From: Halarcobacter sp.
Lineage (GTDB): Bacteria; Campylobacterota; Campylobacteria; Campylobacterales; Arcobacteraceae
NCBI GenBank assembly: GCA_048571215.1
Contig: CP182352.1
Span: forward strand, 288,001-352,000
Direction: 5' to 3'
Length of the DNA: 64,000 bases
Every line of letters begins with the position of its first letter. The stretch's first letter is position 1. Below the pieces are notes generated by a model that saw only the letters and a list, made by a program, of their open reading frames with translations, had not been told where the DNA came from and ran no database searches. Positions 37,938-47,974 of this stretch are shown here, piece after piece. Made by a program: the position numbers and the translations under genes.

Positions 37938-39242
37938 ATGGATATAGATTCATTATTAAATAGTATAGATTCAACTGAATTATCAATCCCTTTTGGAAGA
38001 ATTGTTAACATTTCTACAACAACTATAAAAGCTACAGGTATAACAGTTGCTGTAGGAGATATAGTAAAAATCGAGTCACAAAATCATCTATATACAGTAT
38101 TAGGTATGGTTGCATCAATTGAATCTGGAACCTTTACTATTGTCCCTTTTTCATTTATAGATGGATTTAGAATTCAAGATAAAGTATATTTACAAAAAGA
38201 GGGCTTATCAGTAAATGCTGGGTATGGTCTTTTAGGAAGAGTTGTAAATGCTCTTGGGGAACCTATTGACGAAAAAGGTAAGATAAGAGATTTGGAAGAG
38301 AGCTCAGCTATAAATAAACTCTCTATGCCTGCACTTGAACGGGGAATTATAAATGAAAGATTCTCAACTGGCGTAAAATCAATTGATTCTATGCTCACCA
38401 CAGGTAAGGGACAAAAGGTGGGTATTTTTGCAGGTTCCGGTGTTGGTAAGTCAACGCTTATGGGGATGATTGTAAAAGGTTGTGAAGCTCAAATAAAAGT
38501 AGTTGCACTAATAGGTGAAAGGGGTAGGGAGATACCAGAATTTATCCATTATAACCTAGATGATAATTTAGAAAATACTATTATAATTGCTGCAACTTCA
38601 GATGAATCATCTTTAATGAGAAAATATGGAGCCTTTACAGCAATGGCAATTGCAGAGTTTTTTAGGGATAAAGGGCATGATGTTCTACTAATGATGGACT
38701 CTGTTACGAGATTTGCCATGGCACAAAGAGAGATTGGTTTAAGTACAGGAGAACCACCAGTTAGTAGGGGATATCCCCCTTCTGTTTTTGCACTTTTACC
38801 CCAACTTATGGAAAGAGCTGGTAATAATGCAAAAGGTTCTATTACAGCATTTTTTACAGTTTTAGTTGATGGAGATGATATGAATGACCCAATCGCTGAT
38901 CAAAGTAGGTCTATCTTGGATGGTCATATTGTTTTAACAAGAGATTTAACAGAACAAGGTTTTTACCCTCCGATAAATATTTTAAGATCAGCCTCAAGGG
39001 TAATGGATAAAGTTGTTGATGATGAGCATTATAATTACTTTTTAAAGTTAAAAAGAGTATTATCACTAATAAAAGAGAATGAAGTATTAGTTAGAGTTGG
39101 AGCATACAAAGCGGGTATGGATAAAGAATTAGATGATGCTCTAGCAAAAAAAGATAAAATTAGAGATTTCTTGACACAAAGTATGAAAGAAGAGTATAAT
39201 TTTAATCAGATAGTAACGAAGTTTAAGGAGGTGTTCCAATGA
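37938..39242 (+). CDS. fliI: Flagellar export ATPase FliI
   Basis: GSGVGKS Walker A, IGERGRE, MDSVTRFAMAQREIGL and ILDGHIVL motifs. Confidence 0.97.
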   Translation: MDIDSLLNSIDSTELSIPFGRIVNISTTTIKATGITVAVGDIVKIESQNHLYTVLGMVASIESGTFTIVPFSFIDGFRIQDKVYLQKEGLSVNAGYGLLGRVVNALGEPIDEKGKIRDLEESSAINKLSMPALERGIINERFSTGVKSIDSMLTTGKGQKVGIFAGSGVGKSTLMGMIVKGCEAQIKVVALIGERGREIPEFIHYNLDDNLENTIIIAATSDESSLMRKYGAFTAMAIAEFFRDKGHDVLLMMDSVTRFAMAQREIGLSTGEPPVSRGYPPSVFALLPQLMERAGNNAKGSITAFFTVLVDGDDMNDPIADQSRSILDGHIVLTRDLTEQGFYPPINILRSASRVMDKVVDDEHYNYFLKLKRVLSLIKENEVLVRVGAYKAGMDKELDDALAKKDKIRDFLTQSMKEEYNFNQIVTKFKEVFQ

Positions 39243-40564
39243 TTACTTCAACAACACAGCAGATGTTATATAGGTTAAACAACTTAAATGCAGAGCAAAC
39301 AAGAATCAGTTACCAAATGTCAACAAAAAAAATTCTTGATGAGGGTAGTGATGATACTGAGGTTTATAAAAGAGAAGTTTATATTGATGATAGAATTAGA
39401 ACCTATAAAGGCTTAAAAGTTCAAATAGAAAGAACTACTGCCCAAAATAATGTTTCAGATTCTACATTAGGTGAGGCAAAAAATTTATTAACTCAAATAA
39501 AAGCAGAGATAATAAAATCTTTAAATGGAACGACTGATGATGATGCAAAAAAAGCTATTGCTGTAAATCTTGAGGGGATAAGAGGTAATCTCTTTATGCT
39601 TTCAAATGAAGAGGTTGAAGGTGAATTTTTATTTTCAGGTTCAAACTCGACAGTTAAACCATTCACAGAGGATAGTGATGGTAAAATTACCTACAATGGA
39701 GATGGCTTTTTAAGAAAAGTTGCTGTAGAAGATGGGTATTATAGAGAAAGAGGCATTACGGGTCTTGAAACCTTTTTTTATGCTGAGAATACTGCATTAA
39801 AAGGGGAAACTCTTGATTTTACAGAAGACCAAAGAGTATTAGACCAAGATGGATATGAGTGGAAAAAGCCTGATGCTGTAGCAACAGGGGATAGCTTTTT
39901 ATTTGATGCTTCTCAACCAGTTATAGATGATAATGGTAATAGTTGGACTTTAAATACATCAATTCCTCAATTGGAAAATGGAGGTTTAGGTAATATTCCT
40001 GTTTCACTTGTGGGTGGAACCACCTATGAAGCTACAGTTCCTGGAACTGTAAATTCACTGCAAGTTAATCAACTAATTAAAGTTAAAGAGGATGGAACTT
40101 TCTCTGATGAAGTTAGTGATAGATTGGATATTAGTGGGACTTCACCAGATTTTACTGTAACTGTTCCAAATGTAGATGGAACAAAATTTGAAGCGAAATC
40201 TAGCATTTTTGATTTATTAGATAAAACTATAAATGCATTAAACAGAGTGGATGAAAATGGTAATACTGTTTCAAGTGCAGTTGCCGATGAAGTCTTAAAA
40301 AACTCATTGGATGAGATTGATACTGCATTTAATGCAATGAATGTAGGTCATGGTAAACTTGGTGGAAGAAATAATATCTTTGAAGTTTCTCTTGATAGAG
40401 TTAGTGCAAAATTAACGCAATTTAATATTTTAAAAACAGAAGTTGGTACAGCTGATTATGCAAAAGTTGCAGTTGAAGCAAAAGCATTAGAATTAACATA
40501 TACTGCTTTATATTCTACAATTAATAAAATGAATCAATTATCTTTAGTTAATTTTGTTAGATAG
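39239..40564 (+). CDS. flgL: Hook-associated protein 3 FlgL (flagellin-like termini)
   Basis: QMSTKK...SDD, GEFLFSGS...KPF, YNGD and SLVNFV C-terminus. Confidence 0.85.
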   Translation: MITSTTQQMLYRLNNLNAEQTRISYQMSTKKILDEGSDDTEVYKREVYIDDRIRTYKGLKVQIERTTAQNNVSDSTLGEAKNLLTQIKAEIIKSLNGTTDDDAKKAIAVNLEGIRGNLFMLSNEEVEGEFLFSGSNSTVKPFTEDSDGKITYNGDGFLRKVAVEDGYYRERGITGLETFFYAENTALKGETLDFTEDQRVLDQDGYEWKKPDAVATGDSFLFDASQPVIDDNGNSWTLNTSIPQLENGGLGNIPVSLVGGTTYEATVPGTVNSLQVNQLIKVKEDGTFSDEVSDRLDISGTSPDFTVTVPNVDGTKFEAKSSIFDLLDKTINALNRVDENGNTVSSAVADEVLKNSLDEIDTAFNAMNVGHGKLGGRNNIFEVSLDRVSAKLTQFNILKTEVGTADYAKVAVEAKALELTYTALYSTINKMNQLSLVNFVR

Positions 40565-40578
40565 TTATAAAGTACTAA

Positions 40579-42696
40579 ATGAATTTTTTTAAACGGTATT
40601 TCTCAAAAGATTTATTAGTTGTAGCACTTTTTGTTGCTATATTGATGATTATAATAGTTCCCTTACCAAAGGGGCTATTAGATTTTTTTCTTATTACTTC
40701 CTTATCTTTTTCATTGTTGATTTTATTGATCTCATTATATATTCAGAAACCAGCAGATTTAACAACTTTTCCTACGATAATACTTATTTTAGCACTTTTT
40801 AGACTATCTTTAAATATTGCTACAACAAGGTCAATTCTTAGTGAGGGGCAAAATGGTCCTGAAGCTGTAAGTTCTATTATCGCCGCCTTTGGGGATTTTG
40901 TTGTGGGTGGTAATATGGTAATTGGTATTATTGTATTTATTATATTAGTACTTATAAACTTTATGGTTGTTACAAAAGGTGCTACAAGGGTTGCTGAGGT
41001 AACTGCAAGATTTACATTAGATTCTATGCCTGGTAAACAAATGGCAATTGATGCAGATTTAAATGCGGGATTTATAGATGATAAAGAAGCACAAAAAAGA
41101 AGAACAGAACTAATTACTGAAGCTAGTTTTTATGGAGCAATGGATGGGTCATCAAAGTTTGTAAAAGGTGATGCAGTTGCAGGTATAATTATTACAATGG
41201 TAAACCTAATTGGTGGACTTCTAATAGGTCTTTTTCAGTATGATATGACTATTGCAGAAAGTGGTGAGATTTATACAGTTTTAACTATTGGTGATGGTTT
41301 AGTTGCACAACTTCCAGCACTTATTTTATCAACTGCTACGGCTGTTATTATTACCCGTTCTAATATGGATGAAGATAAATTTGCTACAAGTGCAGTAAAC
41401 CAATTAGTAAAAGATTCTAAATCATTAATTTTAGTTGGTATGGGGCTTGTTTTATTTGGTTTTGTTCCAGGGTTCCCTACTGGGATCCTATTTGTAATGG
41501 GATTATTATTATCATTTATAGGTTATACAATTTTTATGATAGAAGATAATCAAGATAATGCTGTAACAAGATTATTTAAGCCAGCGAAAACTAGTAAAAT
41601 CAAGCCTAGTGAAGATATCGAATCCCTTAAACAAAAGAAAAGAGAAGCTAGTTCTACTGATGAATCTCAAGTTATTGAAAATATAATGAAACTTGAAGTG
41701 CTTGAGTTAAAACTTGGTATTAGACTTTTACAATTGGTTCAAGGAAACTCGGAGTTATTAGACAAAATTAGAGCTATTAGAAAAAGTATAGCTTCTGATT
41801 TAGGTTTTGTTATACCTCAAATTAGAATATCTGATGATGCTTCATTAGCTCCAAATGAATATCAAATATATCTAAAAAGAATATCTCTTGAAAAAGGGAA
41901 AGTTGAGGTTAATAAACTTCTTGCAATGGGTGGAGTAAACCCAGGAAGTTTAAAAGGATTGAAGGTAAAAGAGCCAGTATTTAATCTTGATGCAGTTTGG
42001 ATAGATGAAGCTAATAAAGAAGATGCCTTAATGAAAGGTTTTACAGTTGTTGATGCTCCAACCATTATCTCAACTCATATCTCAGAACTTATTAAAAAAC
42101 ATGCGGAAGATATTATAACTAGACAAGATATTGTTGATATTGTTGATGGTCTTAAAAAAGATTTTCCAATAGTTGTCGAAGAGGCTATGAAAGTTACTTC
42201 ATATGGAACACTATTAAAAGTTTCTAAAGACTTGTTACATGAAAAAATACCAATAGTTGATATGTTAACAATCATAGAAGCCATTGCGGATATTGCAGAG
42301 TACACAAAAGCTCCGGATATATTATTAGAACATGTTAGAAGTAAACTTTATAGGCTTATTACTGATAGATTTAAAGATAATGACGGAACTTTACATATTA
42401 TCACAATAAAACCTGAAATTGAACAAGATTTTATTGGTAAGATACAAGAGCAACATGGTGTTTCTCAATTGATGTTATCAATTGCAGAGATTAATAGTCT
42501 TGTAACTAAGACAAAAGAGCTTATGAATCAAATTGAAGCAAAAGGGTTTAATAAAATTGCAATGGTAGTTGATCCATTACTTAGAAAAAGAATTTCAGAA
42601 ATTTATGAAAAATTTGGATTACAAGTTGCAGTGTTATCCCATGCAGAACTTGATTCAAGAGCAAATTTTGCTATAGAAGGAACTTTAGATTTCTAA
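40579..42696 (+). CDS. flhA: Flagellar export protein FlhA
   Basis: FRLSLNIATTR, GATRVAEVTARFTLDSMPGKQMAIDADLNAG and FYGAMDGSSKFVKGDA motifs. Confidence 0.98.
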   Translation: MNFFKRYFSKDLLVVALFVAILMIIIVPLPKGLLDFFLITSLSFSLLILLISLYIQKPADLTTFPTIILILALFRLSLNIATTRSILSEGQNGPEAVSSIIAAFGDFVVGGNMVIGIIVFIILVLINFMVVTKGATRVAEVTARFTLDSMPGKQMAIDADLNAGFIDDKEAQKRRTELITEASFYGAMDGSSKFVKGDAVAGIIITMVNLIGGLLIGLFQYDMTIAESGEIYTVLTIGDGLVAQLPALILSTATAVIITRSNMDEDKFATSAVNQLVKDSKSLILVGMGLVLFGFVPGFPTGILFVMGLLLSFIGYTIFMIEDNQDNAVTRLFKPAKTSKIKPSEDIESLKQKKREASSTDESQVIENIMKLEVLELKLGIRLLQLVQGNSELLDKIRAIRKSIASDLGFVIPQIRISDDASLAPNEYQIYLKRISLEKGKVEVNKLLAMGGVNPGSLKGLKVKEPVFNLDAVWIDEANKEDALMKGFTVVDAPTIISTHISELIKKHAEDIITRQDIVDIVDGLKKDFPIVVEEAMKVTSYGTLLKVSKDLLHEKIPIVDMLTIIEAIADIAEYTKAPDILLEHVRSKLYRLITDRFKDNDGTLHIITIKPEIEQDFIGKIQEQHGVSQLMLSIAEINSLVTKTKELMNQIEAKGFNKIAMVVDPLLRKRISEIYEKFGLQVAVLSHAELDSRANFAIEGTLDF

Positions 42697-44159
42697 TGAA
42701 GATATTAAAACTTATATTTACAATTTTAATAATTAACACTTTTTTATTTGCATCGGTTACTTTAAAATCACCTAATAGTTTCATTGACTCAGAACCTTTT
42801 GTTTTTGAGTTTGAAGTGAGTGGTTCATCGGTTAAGTTTCCAAAAATAGAAAAAATAGATCAATATATAGTTGAAGAACTTGGAACATCAAGATCTTTAC
42901 AAATAATAAATGGAAATTATTCAGAGACTATAAATAAAAAATATAGAATCTATCCAACAAAAGAGTTTGAGATACCAAGTTTTGATTTTGAAGTAGATGG
43001 CAAGATAGAAAAAAGTAATAAAAAAAACATAAGTAAAAGTACTGCTACAAAAACCAAATCAAATCTTTTTGATATGACAATACAAAGTTCAAAAAAAGAG
43101 CTTCTTGTGGGTGAAGAGACAATATTAAAACTTACTTTTAAATATAGAAAAGATTTACAAATCACTAATCTAGATTTTCAACAACCCCATTTTGAACATT
43201 TTTGGTATAAAAGAATAGATAAAAAAGATAATAGATATGAACAAAACAATTATATTGTTCAAGAATTGGAGTATCTACTTTTCCCTCAAAAAAGTGGAGA
43301 TCTAAAGATAAAACCTTTAAAAGTTGATGTGCAGATGATAGATGGTGATTCATCAAGGGGATTTGGTTTTTTTACTTCAGTGCCAAAGGTGGTGAAGGTT
43401 TATTCAAATGAATTAAACTTTAAAGTAAACCCCCTTCCTAAAGGTGTAAATTTAGTAGGTGATTTTGATATAAAAGCATCAGTTGATAAAACCTCAATTA
43501 AACAAGGGGAATCAATCTCTTATAAGTTGTCTATAACTGGAGTTGGTAATTTTGATGATATTGAGGATAAAAAACTTCATATAAACGATGCAATAATATA
43601 TGATAATAAACCAAAAATTGAAACAAAATATACAAAAAAAGGATATGAAGGAGTTTTTGAAAAGGTTTATTCTATAGTTCCAAATAACTCTGTAGTGATC
43701 CCTAGTCAATCAATTAAGTATTATGATAAAAAAAGTAAAAAAGTAGTTGAGAAAAAAACCAAAGAGTTTAAAATAGATGTTGAAAAAACAAAAAAAACCA
43801 AAGAGGTGGTTTTACAAAAGGGTGATAATCCAAAAACTACAAAAAAAGAACCTGTTGTTATAGAAAATAGTATTAGCCAAAAGGTGAGTTATTTTATCTT
43901 TGGTGTTATATCTACATTATTAATATTTGGTTTATTTACTTTGGTTAAAATTAAAAAAAATAAAAAAGTAAAAGTTGAACTTCCTTTAATAAAGCAGATA
44001 AAACTTTCAAAGAATAAATCAGAGCTTTTAAGGGTATTGGTTCCTTTTATAAACAAAGATGAAAAATTAGATGAGCTAATTTTTAAATGTGAGAGGGAAG
44101 GTGAGTTTACAACTCTAAAAAAAGATATAATAGAAGTGGTAAAAAGCTTAAAAATTTGA
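42696..44159 (+). CDS. BatD-family exported, C-terminally anchored protein
   Basis: Signal peptide, Ig-like repeats (SLQIING, YLLFPQKSG, V.PLP...VGDF.I) and a C-terminal TM. Confidence 0.75.
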   Translation: MKILKLIFTILIINTFLFASVTLKSPNSFIDSEPFVFEFEVSGSSVKFPKIEKIDQYIVEELGTSRSLQIINGNYSETINKKYRIYPTKEFEIPSFDFEVDGKIEKSNKKNISKSTATKTKSNLFDMTIQSSKKELLVGEETILKLTFKYRKDLQITNLDFQQPHFEHFWYKRIDKKDNRYEQNNYIVQELEYLLFPQKSGDLKIKPLKVDVQMIDGDSSRGFGFFTSVPKVVKVYSNELNFKVNPLPKGVNLVGDFDIKASVDKTSIKQGESISYKLSITGVGNFDDIEDKKLHINDAIIYDNKPKIETKYTKKGYEGVFEKVYSIVPNNSVVIPSQSIKYYDKKSKKVVEKKTKEFKIDVEKTKKTKEVVLQKGDNPKTTKKEPVVIENSISQKVSYFIFGVISTLLIFGLFTLVKIKKNKKVKVELPLIKQIKLSKNKSELLRVLVPFINKDEKLDELIFKCEREGEFTTLKKDIIEVVKSLKI

Positions 44160-44166
44160 GGTTAAA

Positions 44167-44874
44167 ATGAGATATTTAATAGTTTTTTTTATGTTGATAA
44201 ACTCTATGTTTGCAATGGAGTTTTATTCAAAATTAGAACCTATAAACAGTTATACTGTAAAAGCAGCAGTAAGTGGAAAAGTTATCTATACAAATGATGA
44301 TATTGAGAGTAAAAAAGCTAATAATAGCACTATTATTAAATTAGATTCAGAGCTTAATAAAATAGATTTAAAACAGTCACAAAAAAAGCTTGAAGCGATA
44401 AATGAGATGTTAAAGCTTCAAGAAAGAAATTATAATAGACTTTTAAAAATCAGTTCTAAATCAGGTTTTGAAAAAGATAATCAAAAAATAAATGTGATTA
44501 ACTTAGAGACTTCAAAAGCAGATATATTAATAAAAATTGCCACATTAAAAGATACTATAAAAAATAAAAAATTAGTTGAAAAAGATAATTATATTTATAA
44601 TATTGCCGTAAAAAAAGGGGATTATGTAAGCCCAGGAACACTTTTATATGAAGCAAAAGATTTAAGTAAAGGTAAACTTGAAATATATGTACCCATATCT
44701 GATATAGATAATATTAAGAAAAAGGCTATCTATTTAGATGGAGTTAAAACTGATTTGAGTATATCAAAAATATATGATGTAGCCGATTCAAAACATATCT
44801 CTTCATACAAATGTGAGATTATTGTAAATAAACCAAAAACTTTTTCAAGGTTAGTGAAAATTGAATTCAAATAA
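44167..44874 (+). CDS. HlyD/MFP-like periplasmic adaptor protein (short)
   Basis: Signal peptide; lipoyl half-motifs VKAAVSGKVI and VKKGDYVSPGTLL flanking an alpha-hairpin. Confidence 0.7.
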   Translation: MRYLIVFFMLINSMFAMEFYSKLEPINSYTVKAAVSGKVIYTNDDIESKKANNSTIIKLDSELNKIDLKQSQKKLEAINEMLKLQERNYNRLLKISSKSGFEKDNQKINVINLETSKADILIKIATLKDTIKNKKLVEKDNYIYNIAVKKGDYVSPGTLLYEAKDLSKGKLEIYVPISDIDNIKKKAIYLDGVKTDLSISKIYDVADSKHISSYKCEIIVNKPKTFSRLVKIEFK

Positions 44875-46564
44875 TAAAATAGCTTGTCCCCTTGATTGTT
44901 ATGATGCCTGTCAAGCACAAATTGTTAATGATAATATAAAAGGTTCTAAAGAGCACTTTCTTACAAATGGTAAACTTTGCGTAAATTTTGCAAACTTATT
45001 AAAAGAAGAGTTTTTAAATACAGCAAAATATGAAGGGAAAGATATTCTTTTAGATGAGGCATTAAATATTTTAGTGTCAAAATTAAAAGAGACTAACCCT
45101 ATTGATACTTTATATTATAAGGGTTCAGGAAATCTTGGAGTGATGCAAGGTTCCCCAAAAACATTTTTTTCCCAATATGGAGCAACACTTACAAAAGGAA
45201 GCCTTTGTGATGGTGCAGGTGGTGCTGGACTGGAGCTTGGAAGAAAAAAAGTTGTAAACCCTCCTATTGAAAATTTAATAAATTCTGATGTGATAATAGT
45301 TTGGGGTAGAAATTTTTCTGTAACATCTCCTCATATGTATAATCTTGTAAAAGATAAAACTTTTATTACAATAGACCCAATAAAAACTGATATAGCTAAA
45401 AAATCAGTTTTACATATGCAATTAAGCCCAAAAACAGACCATGAATTAGCTTTATTATTAACTAGATTTGCCTATATGGAAGATATTGAAGATGAAGAGT
45501 TTATTCAAAATTCTCAAGGGGCTGATTGGTTTTTTGATTTAGCAAAAAGTAGACCAGTTGTATCTTTTGAGAAAACAACGGGAGTATCTTTAAGTGATGT
45601 TACTAAGTTTTATGAAATAATAAAAGATAAAAAAGTAGCTATGCTTATAGGCTTAGGGGTTCAAAAATATTACGAAGGGGCACAAATCATTAGAGCTATT
45701 GACTCTTATGCAGCTTATATTGGACTTCATAATAAAGATGTTGGTGGAGTTTGGTATTTGGGTAACTCAATGTATGGGTATGAAAAAAAATTTACCTCTA
45801 CTACAAAAAACAAAGTTCCCATACCAGAAGTTGATTTTTCAAAATATAAATTAGTGTTTATTCAAGGTGGAAACCCAGTAGTAACAGCTCCAAATACTCA
45901 AAAGGTAGTTGAGGGTTTGAAAGACCCTTTTGTAATCTATTTTGGTACAACTATTAATGACACTTGTGAATATGCAGATTTGATAATTCCAGCTAAAACT
46001 TTTTTAGAGAAAAAAGATGTAAGACTATCTTATGGACATGAATTAAAAGCAATCAATAATGTTGAAGATAAAAGTATAGAAAATAGAATAAGTGAATATG
46101 AACTAACAGCTTATTTAAGAAAAATCTTTGGATGGGAAGCTTTAGAAGATGAAGATTCAATTATAGAATATTATTCTAATACAAAAGTTGAGGCAAACCA
46201 TTTTATAGATGATTTTGAGTTTATAGAGGATTTAGATATAGAAAACCTTTATGAAGATAAAGGAGAACAACAATTTTATTTAGTCACTGCAAAATCCAAA
46301 AAAACATTAAACTCACAATTTGGAAAAGATGACAATATCTACTTACATTCTAGTAGGGGCTTTAATAATGGTGATGAGGTATTAGTCTCATCAGAACATG
46401 GAGAGGCAAAATTTATTGTTTGTTTAAACGATGATGTAAAAGAGGATTGTGCTTTATTTTATAGTTCAAATAGAAAGGTAAACTACTTAACACCTTTTAG
46501 AAGTGACGAAGAAGCTTATAGTGCTATATATCACGAGGCTTTGTTAACTATTGAATTATGTTAG
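44861..46564 (+). CDS. Molybdopterin-dependent oxidoreductase (DMSO reductase superfamily, uncharacterised subgroup)
   Basis: CPLDCYDAC...KLC Fe-S motif, SLCDGAG, WGRN, IDPIKT, GGNP..TAPN and ADLIIPA.TFLEK motifs. Confidence 0.88.
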   Translation: MNSNNKIACPLDCYDACQAQIVNDNIKGSKEHFLTNGKLCVNFANLLKEEFLNTAKYEGKDILLDEALNILVSKLKETNPIDTLYYKGSGNLGVMQGSPKTFFSQYGATLTKGSLCDGAGGAGLELGRKKVVNPPIENLINSDVIIVWGRNFSVTSPHMYNLVKDKTFITIDPIKTDIAKKSVLHMQLSPKTDHELALLLTRFAYMEDIEDEEFIQNSQGADWFFDLAKSRPVVSFEKTTGVSLSDVTKFYEIIKDKKVAMLIGLGVQKYYEGAQIIRAIDSYAAYIGLHNKDVGGVWYLGNSMYGYEKKFTSTTKNKVPIPEVDFSKYKLVFIQGGNPVVTAPNTQKVVEGLKDPFVIYFGTTINDTCEYADLIIPAKTFLEKKDVRLSYGHELKAINNVEDKSIENRISEYELTAYLRKIFGWEALEDEDSIIEYYSNTKVEANHFIDDFEFIEDLDIENLYEDKGEQQFYLVTAKSKKTLNSQFGKDDNIYLHSSRGFNNGDEVLVSSEHGEAKFIVCLNDDVKEDCALFYSSNRKVNYLTPFRSDEEAYSAIYHEALLTIELC

Positions 46565-47732
46565 TATTTTAAGAGATAATGAAGTTGTAAGAAAACTCTC
46601 TTTACTACAACTTATAGCATATTTTGGAGCTTGGTTCTCAAATGTTGCTATATATACAATGCTTGTTAAGTTTGGTTCTTCTGCCTTTGCTATCTCTTTA
46701 GTTACTGCAATGCATCTAATACCAGCTGTTATCATTGCTCCATTATCAGGGGCTATAATCGATAAGTTCAAAATAAAATCTTTGATGTTAACACTTTTAT
46801 CAATAGAACTTATAATGACCTTGCTTTTTTTAACAATAGATGATAAAAGTGAACTTTGGCTTTTAATGATATTTATATTTATTAGAATGGGAAGTGCTTC
46901 TATGTTCTTTTCCACTGAGATGTCACTACTTCCTAAGATAATCTCTGGAAAAACTTTACAAAAAGTAAATGAGATACACTCTATTATTTGGTCCTTTACC
47001 TATGCTGCTGGTATGGCTGCTAGTGGAATTGTGGTAAATGCTTATGGCGCTAAAACAGCCATAATAATAGATGCAGTTTTTTTTATATTTGCCATAATAC
47101 TTTTTTTAAATATTGATTTTAAAGTTGAAATAATACATACAAAAGAGAAAATTTCATCTATGATAAAAGATGGGTTTATATATATAAAAAATCACAAACT
47201 TGTTTTACATCTAATAGTTTTACATGCTAGTGTAGGGCTTACTTCTTTTGATACCTTAGTAACACTTTTAGCTAAAAATGAATACAAATATGTAATTGCT
47301 GTACCTTTATCTATAGGTATAACAAATGCAGTAAGAGCACTTGCTTTGATGGTGGGACCTTTATTTATAACAAACTGGGTAAATAAAGATAGATTAACTT
47401 ATATTTTTATTTTTCAAGGTTTAGCTATTATTTTATGGGGATTGCTACAATTTAACTTTTATATAGCCTTAGTGGCAATATTTTTAACAGGTTTTACTAC
47501 AACTACAATTTGGTCTTATACCTATGCACTGATTCAAGAAAATGTTGAATCAAAATATTTAGGGAGAGTTATTTCATATAATGATATGATTTTTATGATT
47601 TCAAATGTAATAACAACTCTTTTTATTGGTATTATGGCAAGTTTAATAAGTCTAAAATTAATTACTGTTATAATAGGTCTAGGATTTTTTGCAGTTGCAT
47701 ATTATTATAAGGGTATAAAACAATGGATATAA
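46551..47732 (+). CDS. MFS transporter (DHA3/H+ antiporter-like)
   Basis: About 12 TM helices, GAIIDKF motif A variant and YLGRVIS. Confidence 0.88.
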   Translation: MNYVSILRDNEVVRKLSLLQLIAYFGAWFSNVAIYTMLVKFGSSAFAISLVTAMHLIPAVIIAPLSGAIIDKFKIKSLMLTLLSIELIMTLLFLTIDDKSELWLLMIFIFIRMGSASMFFSTEMSLLPKIISGKTLQKVNEIHSIIWSFTYAAGMAASGIVVNAYGAKTAIIIDAVFFIFAIILFLNIDFKVEIIHTKEKISSMIKDGFIYIKNHKLVLHLIVLHASVGLTSFDTLVTLLAKNEYKYVIAVPLSIGITNAVRALALMVGPLFITNWVNKDRLTYIFIFQGLAIILWGLLQFNFYIALVAIFLTGFTTTTIWSYTYALIQENVESKYLGRVISYNDMIFMISNVITTLFIGIMASLISLKLITVIIGLGFFAVAYYYKGIKQWI

Positions 47733-47947
47733 ATAAAAAGGTTCTACTTCTTGCAATTTATAAAAAAGATGATGATGAAACTTTAAATGATGTTTTAAAA
47801 AAGATGGATAATACTAAGGTATTTACTCAAAAAGAGGGAAAAAAATATCTAAAAGAGTTAAAAAAAGAGCAATTAGTAAGTGAACAATATTTAACTATAC
47901 TTGGAATTGCAAAAGCAAAAGAGGTTGAATTAGAATTTAAAATTTAA
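47723..47947 (+). CDS. Small hypothetical protein, possible winged-helix
   Basis: 74 aa overlapping the MFS stop; LKELKKEQLV...LT.LG.AKA resembles a wHTH C-terminal pattern. Confidence 0.55.
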   Translation: MDINKKVLLLAIYKKDDDETLNDVLKKMDNTKVFTQKEGKKYLKELKKEQLVSEQYLTILGIAKAKEVELEFKI

Positions 47948-47974
47948 CAAAACTATTTATTAATAGGAAGATAG

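Noticed and set aside
39239..40564. Calling this gene a flagellin
   Set aside because: The G-x-Y/F-LFSG...PF and YNGD motifs and the SLVNF C-terminus fit FlgL; flagellin-specific termini are absent.
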